From Chloroflexota bacterium (GTDB lineage: Bacteria > Chloroflexota > Anaerolineae > Anaerolineales > DRKV01): a stretch of DNA of 27,431 nt. The position numbers were made by a program, and so were the translations under genes. Under the pieces are notes generated by a model. That model had not been told where the DNA came from and ran no database searches. It was given only the letters and a program-made list of their open reading frames with translations. Below are positions 26,401 to 27,431 of the stretch, piece after piece. The stretch's first letter is position 1. Every line of letters begins with the position of its first letter. The DNA lies in assembly GCA_011051635.1 (NCBI GenBank), contig DRKV01000086.1:1-27431 (forward strand), given 5' to 3'.

Positions 26401-27431
26401 TCAGAGCGCGTCTTGGGCAGCAAGGGGTTGACGTAACGTCCAACGTCTCCGCTTTCGTCGCCGCGCCAGATTTGTGCCTGCTTGTTGAGGATGCAACGCC
26501 CAATCATGGACTTGGCGTCCAGGGCCAGTTTGTGTTGACGGCTGAGCATTTTCTGTCCCGCTTCGCCCGTACCGGCGCGCAGCACAGCCCAGCGATTGGC
26601 TTCTCCTGTCCATTCTCCCGTGCGGTCTACGAGGAAAAGACCGACGTAGTACAGATTGAAGCGCGAGCGAATCAGGGCGGCGGTGCCGTGAGCCAGTTCA
26701 TCAGGTTCCAGGATACTGCTGGCGGTGCGGGAGACCTGAGCGGCGGTTTGGAGTTGCAGACTGCGGCGCTCGATAGCCCGGCGGATGGCTTGTTCGCTCA
26801 AATAGGCGCGACGGGTGGCTATCAGCGCCGCGAGCGGTTCAATCAACTCGTTGAGATAAAAGGCCTCGTCCGGCGTGAGTTCGTTTTCTCCGGGCCAGGT
26901 GATGAGCAGCAATCCGTGCCACGCGCCCGTGCTGTAGAGGGGGAGAATGGCGGCACTCTGTCCTAAAGGAACTTGCAAAAGACGCTGACACAACCCGGTT
27001 AAAGGGTCGTCCGCCTTCAAGGCGGAGGCCATATACAACTTGTCGCGTCCCTCTGTCCACAACGGGAGGGTTTGGAAGGCGGCCAATTCCACCGGTTGCG
27101 CGTCCTCTGTGGGGACGATAAGACCGTCCATCCATTGGGCTTGCATGGTGGCCGCCACGGGGGTGCCGCGGTCGTTGTTATCCAGGTAAAAGAGGGCAAT
27201 GTGCTCCGGCGGGGTGGAAATATCCAGCGCCATGCTAAAAGCAGAGATGATGTCGCCTTCCGACTGGGCCAGCGAGAGGCTGTCCTTGATGAGAGAGAGC
27301 CACTCCAGTTGGCGGGTGCGTTCCTGGGCCTGTTCGAAGAGCAACCGGCTGTTGAGAGCAGTGGCGGCCTGGGCGGCGACTGCCGCATAGCGTTCCTTGT
27401 CCTGTTGGGTGAAAAATGTGGTTTTGGGCCA
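20412..27431 (-). CDS. Giant cytoplasmic hybrid histidine kinase (>=10 GAF, HisKA, HATPase_c, two receivers); 5' part outside the window
   Basis: Frame is open to the window edge (WPKTTFFTQQDKERYAAVAAQAATALNSRLLFEQ, the end of another GAF), so >=2339 aa. FLANMSHELRTPL; LNLISNA, DTGPGI, GGTGLGL; REC1 IDD/LDIMMP/KP; REC2 VDD/LDLYMH/LTGG/HK. Confidence 0.95.
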   Translation of the reverse strand, partial: WPKTTFFTQQDKERYAAVAAQAATALNSRLLFEQAQERTRQLEWLSLIKDSLSLAQSEGDIISAFSMALDISTPPEHIALFYLDNNDRGTPVAATMQAQWMDGLIVPTEDAQPVELAAFQTLPLWTEGRDKLYMASALKADDPLTGLCQRLLQVPLGQSAAILPLYSTGAWHGLLLITWPGENELTPDEAFYLNELIEPLAALIATRRAYLSEQAIRRAIERRSLQLQTAAQVSRTASSILEPDELAHGTAALIRSRFNLYYVGLFLVDRTGEWTGEANRWAVLRAGTGEAGQKMLSRQHKLALDAKSMIGRCILNKQAQIWRGDESGDVGRYVNPLLPKTRSEMALPLISRGEVIGAMTFQSERPGDFSPDDIAVLQTMADQIANALENARLFQESTRRTDELAFINRLVSRLASSLDLDETLHTIASALHEYLKMDIGIGLVNEERDGVVVHSVHTEKGVRPVEAGMEIHRFPAIQEVLATKKILEVPDAQHNPHTAPLHERLKQAGVVSIAFFPILLGDEVIGIVDVLIHSAKRPLRSDEIRPVQSILAQASTAIQNARLFQQIQESLKETESLYTASAELNTAQTYADILDVLYRHTILGAGDANANIGIFDRPWEPDNPAQWWIVLGREITDASVPAGFLQERYSLSAFASAKQLLHPDSPTVIEDFSTHPDVDENLRHLYTEVYKAKSGMFVPLVVAGRWIGMATSISRERRVYPEKEQRRLMALASQAAIAIQNLRNLETTRQQAQDATLLFRATQSLVQAQSEQSIFEAALETCQEFNAPDVAAIQRFKHMGAESFLEQAYHRTQPNVSAPEDGTLFPTDLYPYTRQLQAGKRVTSDDVANDPQFTPEERSLLLEFSVAAMNAVPLRTRDGIPGQLLVAYQQPHSFTEREILFYESIVVQASIALDNYNLLQETQRRARQLQTAAEVSRAASSILDVNELIQEIVNLVQERFDLYYAGLFLVDKEGEWTQEPGRWAVLRAGTGVAGLQMKARGHKLEIGGTSMIGQCVAHGQARVSLDVLQETGRFQNPLLPDTRSELALPLIARGEVIGAMTIQSEFTNAFSQEDIAVLQTMADQVAIAIQNARLFDQAQTSLRETESLYEASAALNASQSYEDVLEALRERTILSQVDNLVSINLFNRPWIDEMPEWSIAHTFWRPQGAMGLPVRYRLSEFPAARHILRSNQPTIIEDARTDPRLDENTRALYTQELGGTSVIFVPLLTAGQWIGYINAVYTKPTRFPEDELRRLQTLAVQAAAVMQNLRNTEAAQQRAAQLEHLAQVQTALSQANNEDEIVAALSLVAADEKRRPDLITLRYIYSDEQGKLLYSDSVAHWLDGQVLHDENPYRVNLLTKEMQAFQNSIRLDAPIFFEDVLENPQAPSAARQIAKQAGMRGMAMLALQSGGRLQGLAILNWRQPHSFTEEEDFLLRNLLRPLAEVVARRRAYLAQREARQESERRALQLQTASQIARETTGTLSLGELLDRAITLIRERFNLYHGAIYLMDESRLNVVIRSAAGAGAEALLRKATQHVVGASTVIGQVTSTGQTLNVDDLQTDERFSVPEDLPKSRSELCLPLQVGNRIIGVVDLHSTRPQAFTQEDLPALQILSDQLAIAVDNARSYELANQRAQEMSLLFEISRTLSSAPLEIEGLARIITEQFSRLLDAPSCTLSVILNEYDEFNEVYRPTMRIVGIHRRKDAPAPLHEIGEISHLWRAKLLDEVLQTLEPVTLTSDTDLHPEERRYMREHGLQTLLIVPLAAKGEALGVVEVEVPDEKRHFSESQLDLAMAVASSAAVSLENARLYQEQRETAERLKEVDTLKTQFLANMSHELRTPLNSIIGFSRVILKGIDGPINELQEQDLSAIYNSGQHLLSLINDILDLSKIEAGKMEIAQEEIDLNMMVKSVMSTAVGLTKDKPIQLLREVDDNLPVVVGDNTRVRQVLLNLISNASKFVEEGHIKVIAKVRPSQKGGQEVYIAVEDTGPGIAPEDQSKLFKPFSQVDGSPTRKTGGTGLGLSISKRFIEMHGGQIGVESEVGKGSTFWFTLPITSPEDSPSPPEDAPPDEEAPQAAPEEAESPAPKVVLAIDDNTQVINLYERYLSNHGYQVVALTNPAEAVERARELHPYAITLDIMMPNIDGWAVLEALKSTPETRDIPVLVCSIVREEEKGFSLGATDYLVKPILEEDLVRALQRLDRNGDIHRVLVVDDSDDDLRLVERIIEEHTAYEPMLAPGGQAALSVLQSSTPDAVILDLYMHDLDGFTLLETIRSDPRLHNLPVLILTGGDLTDEQRAYLKEKSQAFIHKSELHEEDFLNHLEELLANLGNAERDSSTS

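Noticed and set aside
1290-26966. Many long antisense or alternate-frame ORFs (e.g. 1290..2333, 2391..4325, 4754..6190, 6710..7834, 7663..9117, 8952..10325, 12361..14352, 14222..15844, 20709..21929, 25632..26966)
   Set aside because: Shadow ORFs expected from GC-rich codon bias opposite well-supported genes; no motifs or SDs.
27342-27344. TTG at 27344 as the start of the giant kinase
   Set aside because: The frame stays open to 27431 and encodes the end of another GAF domain, so the real start is outside the window.
21960-27431. Phytochrome/cyanobacteriochrome photosensor GAFs
   Set aside because: No DIP, DxCF or CH bilin-attachment motifs seen; the Cys in SMIGxC of GAF2/6 is not the known chromophore position.

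Overview
GC-rich bacterial chromosome segment; gene content and style suggest Chloroflexota/Anaerolineae (inference). Left to right: (1) the start codon of a minus-strand gene at the left edge; (2) a ~1383-aa secreted/surface protein (DUF11, beta-propeller-like repeats, four SdrD-B/Cna-like domains, GEVED, C-terminal PTAITL-TM-basic tail); (3) a minus-strand run argF-rocD-divergent ald-acyl-CoA transferase-pyk; (4) a plus-strand signalling operon: multi-GAF histidine kinase, REC-GAF-HisKA-HATPase kinase, OmpR-type regulator, and a guanylate-kinase-like protein whose P-loop Lys is Gln; (5) a convergent minus-strand module: a giant (>=2339 aa, 5'-truncated by the window) hybrid kinase with >=10 GAF domains and two receivers, a threonine-synthase-like PLP enzyme fused to an intact C-terminal receiver domain, and an EamA/DMT transporter. 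Module 5 is the best candidate for an undescribed system: a phosphorylation-gated PLP enzyme that has lost the canonical phosphohomoserine-binding motifs, next to a sensor and an exporter. Intergenic regions carry several REP-like palindromes and short tandem repeats. No rRNA, tRNA, CRISPR array, transposase or integrase was recognised. All calls come from motif reading only; no database searches were run.
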